From NCBI GenBank assembly GCA_964016885.1, contig OZ024747.1, positions 27,218,001 through 27,282,000 of the forward strand: a DNA stretch of 64,000 nt. Direction: 5' to 3'. This document shows, in pieces, positions 17,118 through 32,417 of the stretch. This stretch comes from Eledone cirrhosa (Eukaryota). The notes under the pieces were generated by a model. It was given only the letters and a program-made list of their open reading frames with translations. It did no database searches and was not told the origin of the DNA. The position numbers and the translations under genes are program-made. Within the stretch, counting starts at the first letter, position 1, and the number at the start of each line of letters is the position of its first letter.

Positions 17118-17392
17118 CTACTGCCACTACTACTGCTTCTACTACCGCTACTACTACCGCCACTACTACTGCATATACTATCACCGCTACAACTGCTTCT
17201 ACTATTACAACTACTACCACTACTGCTACTATTTCTACTTCTGCTACTACTACTGCCACTTCTACTAGTACTACCACCACTACTACTGCTTCTACTATTA
17301 CCACTATTAATACTACCTCTACTATTACTACTACTACTACCAACACCAACACTACCATCACCATATCCACCACCTCCATCACCACCACCATT
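17118..17392. repeat. (ACT/ACC)n trinucleotide repeat
   Basis: Direct reading; gives the poly-T/S/V pseudo-ORFs. Confidence 0.9.
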
Positions 17393-18549
17393 AGAGGTGA
17401 CTAAAAGGGTTGACGTCTGGACAAGCATCCGAATGTAAAACATTGTCTCAAAACAATCCATCTACCCCATTCCAGTGCGGAAAAGTGGATGGATAAATGA
17501 TTATATCACAGCAAAAAGCACCCAGTCTCCACTGTAAAGTGGTCATGTAGGTATCACGGCAAAAAGCACCCAGTCCACACTGTAAAGTGGTCATGTAGGT
17601 GTGTGTCACAACAAAAAGCACCCAGTACCCACTGTAAATGAGGTTGGTGCTAGGAAGGGCATCCAGCGGTAGAAACCAAGCCAAAATTTGTTCTGTATGA
17701 CCTAGCATTGCTCACAACAGGATAACTCGTCTAACCCATGCTAGCGTAGATAAATGGACATTAAATAATGATGATGATGATGTATATATATCATTTAATG
17801 TCTATTTTCCCTGGTAGGAAGGGTTTGACAAGTCATCACAAACTGAGTCAGTACTCATGTGGAGCGACTAACCTCTCAGATGGGCAAGGGGCCTGCATCA
17901 TGCTTCTACAAAGTGTTCAGATATACCAGAGGCTTGCATCTCGCTTACATACATTCCCACGCTCTACCAAATGCTGGTTATTGTGACACCAGCATTAGGG
18001 ATGTCGTCATGCCCTTGACACAACTCAAACGTTCCCTCAACCCCCTTTTGGCATTGGGCACCCTTCTTGTCATCAACCACCTTACAGACTGTACTGGGTG
18101 TATTTTTTTTTTGGTGGTACCAACACTAGAGATGTTGGTTATTGACTCAATTGAAGAGTCCTCTCTACCCTCAGTTTGGTAAGACAAGTGTTTAAGAAGG
18201 ATGAAATCATTCTTCTCATGTGTATATGTCAAGTGTGGTGGAATTTGCTATGGCTCTTCTTCTTCTGTATGAGACAGCAATCATGTGACATCTCCTGGGA
18301 CTGCAACCAGGTCATGGTAGTGGGAGGAGGGTGCTTGAGGCCCACACACTAAAGTGGGCAGAGATCCGGGCACTCATTTAGTTTGTGTTCTGCTGGCTAC
18401 TCTGGCAAGCTGCTCATGACTGCAATCCCTAGTAGTGCAACTGTGTGTAGCTGGTTCAGGGACACCTACTCCCTCCAAGAAAGGTTGGTGCCCGGTGGGA
18501 GAGCTGTATTGGGGTTGACATTCAGTTGGGATGATGGTGATGTCTGTTA

Positions 18550-18731
18550 CATTTCACACACACGCATCATACAGCTGACCTTTCATTTGTAGGCAGAAAC
18601 CTGTTGTTGTCAACAGAAGTAGTAGCTCTCTAAACTTTTCCCATCCTGTCCTTATTCTAGCTACTATGCTCTCAGAGCACCTTCCTCCACTACTAATGAT
18701 ATCGCCTAGGTAGGAGAAGCGATCAACCATT

Positions 18732-18732
<1 letters not shown>
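18550..18732 (-). mobile_element. Short RTE fragment
   Basis: VDRFSYLGDIISSGG...ARIRTGWEKFRELL. Confidence 0.85.
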
Positions 18733-18778
<46 letters not shown>

Positions 18779-18809
18779 CTTTGTGTATGCAAATATATTA
18801 TATGCATGA

Positions 18810-19310
18810 TAGGTGTGCAGGAGTAGTCAAGAGTTTGTGAATTCAAGAAATGATCATTCTTAAATGCTCAAGTGGCTCACTAGATGTAGAAGAAAGGTTT
18901 TGCTATTTAGGGTGCCTCCTTAGCAGTGGAGGTGGATGTTTCTAAAGTGTTGTTGCCATAGTGAGAATAGTATGGAAGTAATTAAGGGAGCTGGCAACAA
19001 AAGGCTTCTTTCTCAGAGTGAAGGGCTGATCATATAATGAGTGTGTTTGAACAGCTATTGCATAATAGCAAGGCATGAACCTTGAATATAGATCTGCTGA
19101 ATATAGAAGCATGCATACTTTGATGGATGTGAAATGTACATGAACAACAGAGCACAGGCAAGTTGAGAAAAAAGCCGAATGTAGTGTATAAGAGAAAACA
19201 TTTTGCTGATCATGTGATGTGTAAGAAGAGCAAGGGGTATATCAAAAGGTGCTTAAAGTGAATAAAACCTGTGGAAGAAGGAGACCAAAGAAGACATGGA
19301 ACGAAGTTGT
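18810..19310 (+). mobile_element. Decayed RTE 3' fragment
   Basis: FCYLG..LSSGGG and GRRRPKKTWNEV motifs. Confidence 0.7.
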
Positions 19311-21349
19311 GTGTATCATCATCATCACCGGTTAATGTCCATTTCCATGATGGTTTTGTAGTTTCTACCATCTTTTATATTTCCCGAAATTATTTGTATA
19401 TTTGATAAGGTATTATCAATATATTTGTATTAATGACATAGCAACTCTTTAAAAAACTATACTGGGGAAATGTTTTCAATCAAAACTTCCACAGTAAAAT
19501 TTGCTCAGTGCACAATTGTCTACATATAGTATGTAGATATAATATATGATATGTAAATCAACCATCAGAAAGTCATGTGTGGTTGTGTGTGTATATATAT
19601 ATATATATATATAAGGTAAAAGATAAAGATGCCATAATCCCCTGTGGAGTTGTAGAGGCACCGTAATTCGGTGTGTCTAGGAGCCCAACCCTCTCCAGGT
19701 CTGAACACAGCCAACTTTTTCTATAGAGGAAGAATCAACCCCTGTATTGGGCTGGTCCTCTTTTTATCAACCTTGAAAGGATGAAAGGCAAAGTTGACCC
19801 CGGTGGGATTAGAACTCACAGTGCACAAAAAGGTGCAATGAATACCGTAAAGTATTCTACCCACGTCTTAACAATTCTGCCAATTCACTTTATATATATA
19901 TATTAAATGTGGTTGGTGTTAGAAAGGGCATCCAGCTGTAAAATACACAGCCAGATTTACAGTCCTCGTCAGAGCAAGGTACAACATGGCCAACTCTGGC
20001 CAGACTTGTCTCCCAGCAAGGACGACCCGTCTAACCCATGCAAGCATGGAAAAATGGACGCTAAACAGTGCCATGATGATATATATATATATGTCTGTAA
20101 GTGTTTTAAATATTTACACACACAAACATACATGCGCTAACAATATATTTTTTATATCCGTCATGTATCTACCATATCAAGTTCACTTTCCAGTGACAAG
20201 GTCCTGGGTTTTACCCTACATTTGTCCCTGTAAATAGTTATTTTTCCAAAGCTCTCATACATTTACAACAGTATCTCATTTGCATCCATTTTATAGAAAC
20301 ATTAAAATATTCTTAGCTTTAATCACTTCAATGTGTCAGTTATCAACATAAACTATAGGGTTTCTCTTATACAAACCTTTAATTTATCAAAAAGGGCAAC
20401 TTTCCCAGTTTACATCCAGTAAAACTGGTATACATAGCATACCAATCCTGGACTCCAAAGATTAATAAGTCCAACATTCTTGCCATCACCGCCAAGGTTG
20501 ACTTTGCCTTTCATTCGGGGTCAATAAAATACACTGGGAAAATTGCTGGCCTTGTGCCAACAATAGAAACAATTATTAATAGTACATTATTGATAGCATG
20601 GCTGGTGGATTGGCAGTTACGGTAGAGGGTCAGACATAGTTATGGCTCTTTATGTTCCGAGTTCAAATTCTTCTGAGGTTAGCTTTGCCTTACAGGGTCA
20701 ATAGAATAAAACACCAGTAATGCACAGGAGTAATTGCTGGCCTTGTGTCAAAAGAAGAAAAAATATTGATAACAGGTTGAGTAGTGTAACATAGAACAAG
20801 CAATCATAATGAGATGTTTACATATAATAGATTGTTATGCTGAGCAGTATGTCTACATAAAACAGTCATACTGAGTACTCAGTTGCCTACATATATCATG
20901 TCTATACTTCACTCATACTGTGTGAAGTATAGACATGTTAAAGGAAAAACTGTGCATATGAGGAATAAGATGTAGTGCGCAAGAGAGAAGACTTTCTCTG
21001 GCATGAACATGTAATGTGTATGAATGATGATTGTTGGATGATGAAATTCTAAGAAATGCCAGAAGAAGGAAGCTACAGTTGAGCAAGGCTGTGGAAGACC
21101 TGCACAGAGTGGGTGAGAATGGATCTTAAAATGTTGAATGTCATGGAGGAGATAACAAAGAAATGCACCAAATGTAGGGAGGCAATGCAGGGAAATATCT
21201 GTCCAACCCATTCAAGCAGGGAAAAGTGGATTGAACGATGATGGTTGATATTATGGAAATAATGGCACTATTAAAAATGTGATTTTTATATTTTACCATA
21301 ATTTCAGTTGGCCAAATATAAAGCTTTCTAGATGGACATTTATTCCTGT

Positions 21350-22925
21350 TCTTGTTATTGTATCACACCATACTTGTTGTTATTGTTGTTGTTGTACCAT
21401 ACCACACCAGTTGTTGTACCATACCACACAATATTGTTGTTGTACCATACCACACCGGTTGTTGTTGCTGTTGTTGTTGTAACTCACCACTACCACACAA
21501 TATTGTTGTTGTACCATACCACACCGGTTGCTGTTGTTGTTGTACCTCACCACCACATGATATTGTTGTTGTACCATACCAGACCTGTTGTTGTTGTTAT
21601 ACCATGCCACTGCTGTTGTTGTTTTACCATATCACTGTTGTTGTTGTTATACCATACCATATCTGTTGTTGTTATTACCATACCACATCTGTTGTTGTTG
21701 CTGTTGTACCATACCACACCTGTTGTTGTTGCTGTTGTTGTACCATACCACACCTATTGTTGTTGCTGTTGTTGTTATACCATACCACATCTGTTGTTGT
21801 TGTACCATACCACACCTATTGTTGTTGCTGTTGTTGTTGTACCATACCACACCTGTTGTTGTTCCTGTTCTTGTTGTACCATACCACACCTGTTGTTGTA
21901 CCATACCACATCTGTTGTTGTACCATACCACATCTGTTGTTGTACCATACCACACCTGTTGTTGTACCATACCACATCTGTTGTTGTACCATACCACATC
22001 TGTTGTTGTACCATACCACACCTGTTGTTGTACCATACCACATCTGTTGTTGTACCATACCACATCTGTTGTTGTACCATACCACACCTGTTGTTGTACC
22101 ATACCACACCTGTTGTTGTTCCTGTTCTTGTTGTACCATACCACACCTGTTGTTGTACCATACCACACATGTTGTTGTACCATACCACATCTGTTGTTGT
22201 ACCATACCACATCTGTTGTTGTACCATACCACACCTGTTGTTGTACCATACCACATCTGTTGTTGTACCATACCACATCTGTTGTTGTACCATACCACAC
22301 CTGTTGTTGTACCATACCACATCTGTTGTTGTACCATACCACACCTGTTGTTGTACCATACCACATCTGTTGTTGTACCATACCACATCTGTTGTTGTAC
22401 CATACCCCATCTGTTGTTGTACCATACCACACCTGTTGTTGTACCATACCACACCTGTTGTTGTTGCTGTTGTTGTTGTTGTACCATACCACACCTGTTG
22501 CTGTTGTTGTACCATACCACACCTATTGTTGTTGGTGTACCATACCACATCTGTTGTTGTTGCTGTTGTTGTAGTACCATACCACGCCTGTTGTTGTTGC
22601 TGTTGTTGTTATACCATATCACATCTGTTGTTGCTGCTGTTGTTGTACCATACCACACCTGTTGTTGTTGCTGTTGTTGTACCATACCACACCTATTGTT
22701 ATACCATACCACATCTGTTGTTGTTGCTGTTGTTGTTGTACCATACCACACCTGTTGTTGTATCATACCACATCTGTTGTTGTTGTACCATACCACATCT
22801 GTTGTTATACCATACCACATCTGTTGTTTCTGTTGTTGTTGTTGTACCATACCACACCTGTTGTTATACTATACCACATCTGTTGTTGTTGCTGTTGTTG
22901 TTATACCATACCACACCTGTTGAAC
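21350..22925. repeat. Minisatellite, 20-22 bp unit TGTTGTTGTACCATACCACA(TC/CC) with variable (TGT)n spacers
   Basis: Direct reading; source of the YHTT/CCCTIPH pseudo-ORFs. Confidence 0.95.
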
Positions 22926-24009
22926 CATATCACCACATGTTATATATATATATAATACATATACAACAGGCTTCTACCATTTCTAGCTATGACATTTCAC
23001 TCACATGGCATTGGTCAATCAGAGCTTGTAATAGAAGACACTTGCCCAAGATGCCACAATGTGGAATTGAACCTAAAACTCTGTGGTTCTGAAGGGAACT
23101 CATTAACCACATAGTAATGTCAACTATTTCATTTCTTCTCCAATGTAAATTCCCAGACAGTGAAGTTGTGGTGTTCAACAGTTTCCACCAGTATTCATTC
23201 TGAGTCTGCCAGAAATGTGATACTCTTTCTAGAAAGATGATTAGATATAAAACAACAACAATAATATTATGTTTATTCTATTGGCAAATTATTGATGAGA
23301 AATCAATATTGACTCTGTATTGCAATGTATGAATGTTGAAGAATGTATTATAGTGTCAGGTTGGTGTACAGTAAATCACTAGTTTAGATGTAACATGTAT
23401 GGGTGTGTTGTGTTTGTAGATGTGAGTGTGCATATTGTATGCACATGTATACGTGTGTGTATTGGATTTCTATTGGTTCTGATGATGAGTGTCCGGGTTG
23501 TTTGACCAATGGAATAGCCTGCCCAAGAAATTAACTTGCAAGTGACTGAGCATCCACAGAGACATGTACTCTTAATGTTGTTCTCAGAGAGATTCACTGT
23601 GACAGAGTGTGACAAGTCTGTCCCTTTGAATAATAGTTACAGTTTATCTTGTATTAGAAATGACTGAGAATTCCACAGACCCATTTCCCTGTTAATGTTC
23701 TCATGGAGGTTCTGGGAAACAGTGCATGACAAGGCTGGCCCTTTGAATTACAGGTATAAATCATATTTGCTAACTTAGTGGACTGGAGTAGTGTGAAATA
23801 AAGTGTTTTGCTCAAGAACACAATGTGTCACTAGTAAATGAACTTACAATCTTAATATTTTGAGATATTTTGAGCTAAACACTTTAATCACATGCCTTCA
23901 CTATGTTCAGATGAACATATATTGCCTAACACTGATCCTCATTTTCTCTGAATAGTGGGTCAGTTTTGTCATTTAGCTGACTTAAATAATTCCATGAATG
24001 ACTTTACAA

Positions 24010-24480
24010 TTATTATCATCATTTTATGTCAGCTTTTCAATGCTTTCATGGATTGAATGAATTTTTTCTAGTGCAGCTTCCCTCCATTAGTTGTATTCCT
24101 TTATCTCCTCTGTGATGTGCAGTATTTTGAGATCAGTTCTCATCATTTGTGTCCAGGGTTTCCTTGATTTTTATCCACTGCAACTTCCTTGAATTGGGAA
24201 CACCAAGCACTTCATCACCCAATGATCATCACTCCTTAGAGTTCACATGTTTATACCAGTGCAATCTTCTCCCTTGCACACTGCATTTGATTACTCTTGT
24301 GTCCAGTTTTTTCATCATTTATTCACATTAACATTACACATCCAGCAGAGTATGCTTGATTTGTTTCTCTCCAGCCTTTGCATATTCTCTGCAACCACTG
24401 CCAATATCTCACTACCAAGCAGCATTGCACTTCACATGCAGGCGTCATACAGTATACTTTTCACTTGTCTACAGTAAATG
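24010..24480 (-). mobile_element. Decayed RTE 3' fragment
   Basis: Similar to the 32800-33230 region of the intact copy (YDAC, GSE.W-type motifs). Confidence 0.6.
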
Positions 24481-27400
24481 GTTTAAGATTCCATTCCAGA
24501 AAAAGGAGAAATTTTGCCCAATTTTATTGCTTCTTCTTTCAGAAGTTTTAACATATCATAGTCTATTTGTAAACCTTCTTGATATCAAACCACTTGAAAC
24601 TGCTCTTGGTGTTACAATACTAAACTCTTTGTTTTAAAATGCTTATATCTATCTAAAAACCTTTCATCATAATTTCATGTAAGAACCTTTGTCAAGTTAC
24701 ATTTCAAACACTACCATTATTAAATACCTTCAATTTCTGGATTATTTTCAAAATGATTTGAAAATCATAAGAAATCATTAGAAATATGGTAATGAAAAGG
24801 CTAAATACGAAAAGGGGTTTTAGTCTCTTAGAACTAGGGAAAGTTTCATGTAGCTTGGTATCAAAAAGGTTTAATACACTGTCAGATCCCTTAACCCTTT
24901 TCTTACAATATTTCTAATGAAAGACACTGCCAATGTTTTTCAAATAATTTTGAAAATAATCAATAATTCTTTTTTTAGATAAGTATAAACACTTTAAAAT
25001 AAATAATATAGTATTGTAATACCAGATGCATTTTCAAGTAATTTCAAAGGTATTATCAAATGGTTAATCCAGAAAATTACAAATATTAATCCAGCTAACC
25101 CATGCTAGCATGGAAAATGAACTTTAAACGAAGATGATGATGATGAATTTCCTATAAGATGAACGTCCTAAATTCTCTATATAACATTCTTACACTCAAT
25201 AATGGTACTTGGTACTCTATCAAAGACTAGTTGATTCATTCCATCTGTTTGTGGTGGCTTGGCCAACATAGCATTGAAGTCTTTTAGTATTTTCATTGAT
25301 ACAATAGTAGTAAAATGTTCGCCTTGATAATATTCTTGGTTATAAATATCCTATAGTTAAAACACACTAACAGCTCTTCAACACACAGCTCAAATGTTCC
25401 TAGTAGTGGTGGTGGTGGTGGTGGCAGCGGTAATGATATTATTAGCCACAAGGGCACTGGATGAGGAGGATATGACAAAGACAGATTAAATAAAATGTGT
25501 AAGTTTACAGGAAAAAATGGACAAGAGAGAAACATACATAGTAATGATATTGATAATAATAATTGGCAGGTTTTCCATAGCTGAAAGTCCTCCCTAACAC
25601 CAACCACTTTATAGTATCTACTGGGTGTGTTTATTGTATAACTCATAACATTAGATAGGTTGTTGTGTCTTCTTTAACACAACTGGAGAGTTCTCTCAAC
25701 CCTTTTTTGGTATGGTTTCTAAAGTGAAAGGGGGGGGGGGGCTCTTCCTGTCATCATCCATCTTACAGGGTGTACTAGATGCAGTTTTCGAGGCACCAGC
25801 ACTAGAGAACTTATCAGTCATTGGCTCAAGGGGATGAGGGGCAGCAGCAGGATAGACATGAGGGATGTTGATGTCATGGGTGCATGGCATGAGGGATGTT
25901 GATGTCATGGGTGCATGGCAAGTGTGGTGAGGGTAGTGGGATTTGATGAGAGTACAACTGTACATCAAGTGAAATTGATATGATCTGACACAATTGAGAA
26001 GGTATAGTTGAGTATAACAGGTACCTACATTGAACAATATTTTAATTTCATGTTAGTGAGGATGGATGCAAATATTAGGGTAGAATGGAGAAGGTTATCA
26101 CAGAGCCCTATGAAACTAAAATCCCTGCTTTAGCAGGGTAAATGACCTTAAAACGTTTGTTGTTTTTGTTGTTGTTTCTCAATAGCCAAAATACAAGAAA
26201 CATAGACCACAACAAAAAGTAGATCACTGTATTTATTGCCATGAATAACTTTGCTATCCAACATGAGAACAATGAACAATGTTGCTATCTTCCACCATTT
26301 GGCATCGTTCAACCATATTTCCAGATTTATTGTGATGATGCTATACACATTTACCTTTATTTACAGAGAAAATATGCAGATATAATAAAATATTGAGGAG
26401 GACCAAGTTCAAATACTTTGGCCAATACCATCTCCACCATCATCATCATTTGCCATCTATTTTTCATACTTGTTTGGATTATACTACATAATAATATATA
26501 ATATATATGTACACACACACACACACACACACAAACAATGGCATCATGTTAAAATGCACCTTGTACAATCTGTAAAGTGGTAGTGGTGGTGACACAATAA
26601 AATGCTCTCAATACACTTTGTAAACTGGTCGTACTCATGCCACAATAAAATACCTTTAGTACACTCTATAAAGTGGTAGTCCTGGTGCCATGATAAAATG
26701 CACCCAGTACAGGGTAAAATGAATGTTAAATGATGATTATATATAATATAAATCATTATTATTTAACTGTTTTTCCTGCTAGATATATATGAACCTAGCT
26801 ATTGTCTAGTTATAGTAAACATATTTCTCTTTATCTATATATCTCTCTTGCTCCTCCTCCCCTCTCTCTCTCTCTCTCTATATATATATATCCCTCTCAA
26901 TACTGACATTTACACCAGAATGTTGACCAAGTGAAATACTCCAAGGAATAACTCTCAAGGAAGAAATAATGAAAGATGTATGGATGAAAAAGATCTCCCA
27001 AATACCATGGAATTCTTGCTGGTCTTCTCAGACCCCTTGCTACTTCATAGGATTAGAAACAACAGTGGAAAGGTTATTAATAAACAATATATATCATCGA
27101 TTAGATAATGATCTAATTAAACATCGTCATAATGACACTATCTTACATTGTAACAACATATACCCTGACTTGTTGAGAAAGTGACAACTTTTCTAGTGCT
27201 GGTGCCATGATAAAATGTACTCAATGCATTTTGTGAACTGGTTGGAGGTAAAACAAATGCAATGTAGGGTAGAAAAGACTCTTCAGTCTCATCTAAAACA
27301 TGACAACTTTTCTAGTGCTGGTGCCATAATAATGAAAATTATTGTGTACAGTGCTCAGGTGCACAACAATGATAAAATATACTCTGAAAAGTAGTTAGCA

Positions 27401-28699
27401 TTAAGAAGGGCATCCAACTGTAGAAACAATGCCAAAATATGGAACCTTTGAGTGAGACGTGGTTTTCTCACCCATCTTATATTGGACTGTAACAACCTGA
27501 CCAACCCATGCTAGCATGGAAAAACTGACATAAAATGATGATGACGAAGATGCTGAGAGATAATTCAGTTTCTTTGTGAAATAAAACAAATGAAGAAATG
27601 GGCACAAAACAGGCATGCAATTTTTCTACTGAACCTAACTCAAGGCATGCAATTTTTCTACTGAACCTAACTCATACCACCACCCATAGACACAGGCAAA
27701 TGATTAAGAATTTCAAGGGTGTTGGTCATGTCTTCATTCAGTCTATATGAATATCAGTGTTGTAAATATATATTTGAAGCAGAATTCTATAGCCAGATAC
27801 TCATTCTGATGCCAACTCTTTTTTTTCTTCTTTTTTTTTAAAGTACAAATCTTCACATGATGATGGTGGTGTTGATGATAATGATAATAACAGTTTCTGA
27901 TTTAGGCAGAAAGGCCAACAATTTGGGGCGAGAGGAAAGTCGATTAAAATGACCCCAGTGCGTTGTAATAATGATAATAATTGTTTCTACTTTTGGCACA
28001 AGGCCAGCAATTACCCAGTGTATTACTGGTACTTTATTTTATCGACCCCCCCCCCGTAAGGATGAAAGGCAAAGTAAACTTTGGCGGGATTTGATAATAA
28101 TAATAATAATTATAATAGTTTCTGATTAGGCACAAGGCCAGCAATGGGGGGGGGGGGTCGATTAAATCGATTCCAGTATGTTACTGGTACTTTATTTTAT
28201 CGACCCTGTAAGGATAAAAGCTAATCTTGCCAGGATTTGAACTCAGAACGTAAAAAGACATAACTCTATGCTGTGAAGCATGATGTCTGACAAAGCTCTA
28301 CTGATACTGTCAATCCACCGGAAAATAATGATTTCTTTAACTGGCCACAAAGGCCCAAAACATTGTGGTTAATACAAGGACAAAACAACAGAGTTGGGTT
28401 AACGTTGAATAAAGGAAAGGGAACATCAACAAAGTGTAAACAGTAGATATTAACAATAATAGGGAATTTAAAAATATTAATGATAACATTGGGATACAAT
28501 AATAACTGTCAATTAAGACCAGTTCTGTAATAGGGGGAACTGCACTTTAGGGTAATTGCAGGGAAAATCTCACACAAAACTCCGGATAAACTCTGTCAAC
28601 TCACAGGCATTAAGAGTGTCCTCTCCCAGTTTCTTTCCACCTGTTTAGAAAAGCAGTCAGAGAAGGCCCAAATAATAGTGTTAATGGTTGACATAGCTT

Positions 28700-29765
28700 C
28701 ATCATCATCGTTTGACGTCCATCTTCCACGTTAGCATGGGTAGGATGGGATGTCTGTTTGTGAGGGATCTGGTCGGGGGACCATGTTTTGCTCACACAGA
28801 ACTGATTTTGGCTTGGTTTCTATGGCTGGATGCCCTTCCTAAGACCAACCTCATTTACAGTGTGTGTGTCGCAACACCTACATGACCTCTTTACAGTGTG
28901 GACTGGGCACTTTTTGTTGTGACACCTACATGACCACTTTACAGTGTGGACTGGGCACTTTTTGTCATGGTACCAGAATGACCACTGAACAGTGTGGACT
29001 GGGTGCTTTTGTTGTGACACTTGCATGACCACTTTATAGTGAGGGCTGGGTGCTTTTGTTGTGACACCTATACGACCACTTTACAGTGTGGACTGGGTGC
29101 TTTTGTCGTGATACCTACACAACCACTTTATAGGTAGGGCTGGGTGCTTTTGTCGTGACACCTACATGACCACTTTACAGTGTGGACTTCATGCTTTTGT
29201 CATGTCACCTACATGACCACTTTATAGTGAGGGCTGGGTGCTTTTGTTGTGACACCTATACGACCACTTTACAGTGTAGACTGGGTGCTTTTGTCGTGAT
29301 ACCTACACAACCACTTTATAGGTAGGGCTGGGTGCTTTTGTCGTGTCACCTACATGACCACTTTACAGTGTGGACTTTATAGTGAGGGCTGGGTGCTTTT
29401 GTTGTGACACCTACATGACCACTTTATAGTGAGGGCTGGGTGCTTTTGTTGTGACACCTACATGACCACTTTATAGTGAGGGATGGGTGCTTTTGTCATG
29501 ACACCTACACAACCACTTTACAGTGTGGACTGTGCTTTTGTCATGACACCTACATGACCACTTTACAGTGTGGACTGGGTGCTTTTGTCATGACACCTAC
29601 ATAACCACTTTACAGTGTGGTCTAGGCACTTTTTGTCATGACACCTACACGACCACTTTACAGTATGGACTAGGCACTTTTTGTCATGACACCTACATGA
29701 CCACTTTATAGTGACGGCTGAGTGCTTTTGTTGTGACTCCAGGGGAACCACTTTATGGTGTGGGT
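28700..29765 (-). repeat. RTE 3' UTR with its 39-41 bp unit expanded to a minisatellite of roughly 22 copies
   Basis: (TCA)n tail and GGATGCCCTTCCTAA at 28700-28860, then tandem GGGTGCTTTTGTCGTGACACCTACATGACCACTTTACAGTGTGGACT-type units. Confidence 0.9.
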
Positions 29766-30991
29766 AAAATAATTGAATGTAAAGTAAGAAGTTAATAGTA
29801 ATAAGCTGTCTTATTGGTCTTGATATTGGTAGTTTTATATCCCGCCAAGGTTAACTTTGCCTTTCATCCTTACGGGGTCGATAAAATAAAGTACCAGTAA
29901 TGTACTGGGTAATAACTGGCCTTGTGCCAAAAGTAGAAACAATTATTAGTTGTTATATTAGTAGTCTTATAAGTTGTTTTATGTGTGATCATATTGATAT
30001 TATTAGTGGTCTCATAAGAGTCCTTAGTAGTAAGTGGTTATATTATGGTTGTATTGTTAGTCTTAATGCTGGTCTTATTAGTAGTCTTATTACTAGTTTT
30101 ATTAATGGTCTTTGTTGTCTTAGTGATAAGATGTCTTATTAGGAGGTTCTGATTTAGTAGTTTAGTGATTGATTCTCTGTGACCCATGAAAATCTGATTT
30201 ATTGATTAAACATCAATATTTAGTCGATTAGAGATCAATATATAATTACCACATTGGAAAATCACTTCTGATCAATTAATTTGATATTCAGTTATTCTTA
30301 TTAACTGACTTTCACCCATATTGAATCTCTCTCTATTTTTCTCTATCTCTTTCTGTATATAAGTATCTTCATAATAAAACATGACAACCACTTTCTGCTA
30401 GATTTATTGGGGAAATGGTAATTTGATATCTCCCCCCCCCCCCTCTCTCACACACAGTGTTGACAAGATAGTCAGTGGTCATGCAGAAGCTATTCATATT
30501 TGGACAATAAAAACATCATCTCTCTCTCCTTTATCAATCTATCTATTTACCTGTCTATCTATTTACCTGTCTATTTACCTCTCTATCAATCTATCTACCT
30601 ATCTGTCTGTCTGTCTGTCTATCTATTTCTGTCTGTCTGTGTATCTACTTCTCTCTCTATTTATTAATGTATATTTATCAATTTATCTATTTTTAGACAA
30701 GAACAAACAACAATACATAAATCCCAATAACAGTCCGTAGATAGAGAGATAAGTAGGTAGGACTAAATTATCGGAATTTAGTGAATTTGATAATGATTAG
30801 AGAAAATATTGAAGAGAATTATTGTATTTCATTTAAATGAGTGTAAAATTAAATATGGCAATGGTTGGAGTGACAAGAGGAAGAAGGTCAAGGAAAATGG
30901 AGCAACATTACATAGAATGTTGTAATCCAAAAATTATTAAATTAATTCTTTTACTATAAACCCTATCAGATTTGACTGATATTATTCTAGC

Positions 30992-31044
<53 letters not shown>

Positions 31045-31554
31045 TGTGTGTGCCTTGCAGTTGATAGTAAGAACATTAGTAAAATAAACCTTTTCCAGTC
31101 CCAGAAAGGATCCATACAAGTGGGTATGCAAAGGCTGGAGAGAAATGAAGTGAACATAGTCAAACGTATGTGCAATGATGTGAGTGTATTATATTGGCAG
31201 TATCGGTAGAGCGTCAGACACCATGCTTTGCAGCTTAGAGTTGTGGCCCTTTACATTCTGAGTTCAAATCCTGCCACGGTTAACTTAGCCTTTCATCCTT
31301 ATGGGATCGATAAAATAAAGCACCAATAATGCAGTGGGGTAATTGGTGGCCTTGTGCCAAAAGTAGAAACAATATATCATCATCACCATCATCATTTCAT
31401 TTTACGTCCACTTTTCCCTGCTTGCAAGGGTGGGACGGGAACTGATTCTGGCTTGATTTCTACAGCTGGATGCCCTTCCTAACACCAACCTCATGTGCAG
31501 TCAGTGGTGGGTGCTTTTTTGCCATGGCACTTCCACGACCACTTTGCATTTCTA

Positions 31555-31682
31555 CAGCTGAGTAAACTGGAGCAATGTGAAATAAAGTGTCTTGCTCAAG
31601 GAAACAACACATCACCCGGTCTGAGAATTGAACTCACAACCTTTCGATTGCAAGGCCAATGCTCTAACCACTAAGCCATGTG
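31555..31682 (-). mobile_element. tRNA-derived SINE, family B (CORE-like centre)
   Basis: Minus strand TGGCTTAGTGGTTAGAG..GAGTTCAATTC..CTTGAGCAAGACACTTTATTTCAC. Related copies near 16065-16170, 23720-23900, 35340-35630, 43500-43600, 48530-48615, 61265-61540. Confidence 0.65.
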
Positions 31683-31825
<143 letters not shown>

Positions 31826-32417
31826 TTATATATGCATGCATATATGTATATATATGTGTGTGGAGTTGTTGTTACTTGTCGTTGGGTGAATGCTTGATAT
31901 AAAACTGTGTGAGTATTAATAGCACAGTATTAATGCCACAGTGTTTATATGTGCTTATATTAGTGGCACACACACTCACTCTCTCTCTCTCACACATACA
32001 CACACTCTCTCACACACGCTCACTCACTCTCTTACACACCTTGATATTCCTAGCTTTTGCAGAAATTCTAAACAAAAAATTTCAGATATGTTTTTTCATG
32101 GTGGTAACTATATTTTCTAAAAAGATATATATATTTTCTAGAAGATTTGAAGTTTGTGTTTATCATTTTGAAATTCAATCTGCCTGTTTAACCCTTTCCA
32201 TTTTGTTCTGTAAAATGGTTTTGCTTAAAATAGTATTTTGTAAAATTTTATTTTTAAATTTCTAAAGTTTTATCTTGCAAAATATTTCATTTCTATTACA
32301 TAATAGGGAATATTAGGTGCTTCCCAAACATATAGCTTTACTATAGCTTTGGGTTAACCAATGCATTGTGAGAGAAATTTGGTAGATAACTGTAAGCAAA
32401 CCTGTTATATATATATA

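Noticed and set aside
21332-23092. 586-aa Cys/His-rich ORF and overlapping ORFs
   Set aside because: Translations of a 20-22 bp minisatellite; open in multiple frames on both strands
26148-26348. Unique-looking 66-aa minus-strand ORF as a candidate exon
   Set aside because: No recognisable motif and no convincing splice context
28860-29765. CRISPR-like regular repeats (also 42280-42960 and 59335-59665)
   Set aside because: Head-to-tail units with no unique spacers, no cas genes, and a eukaryotic context
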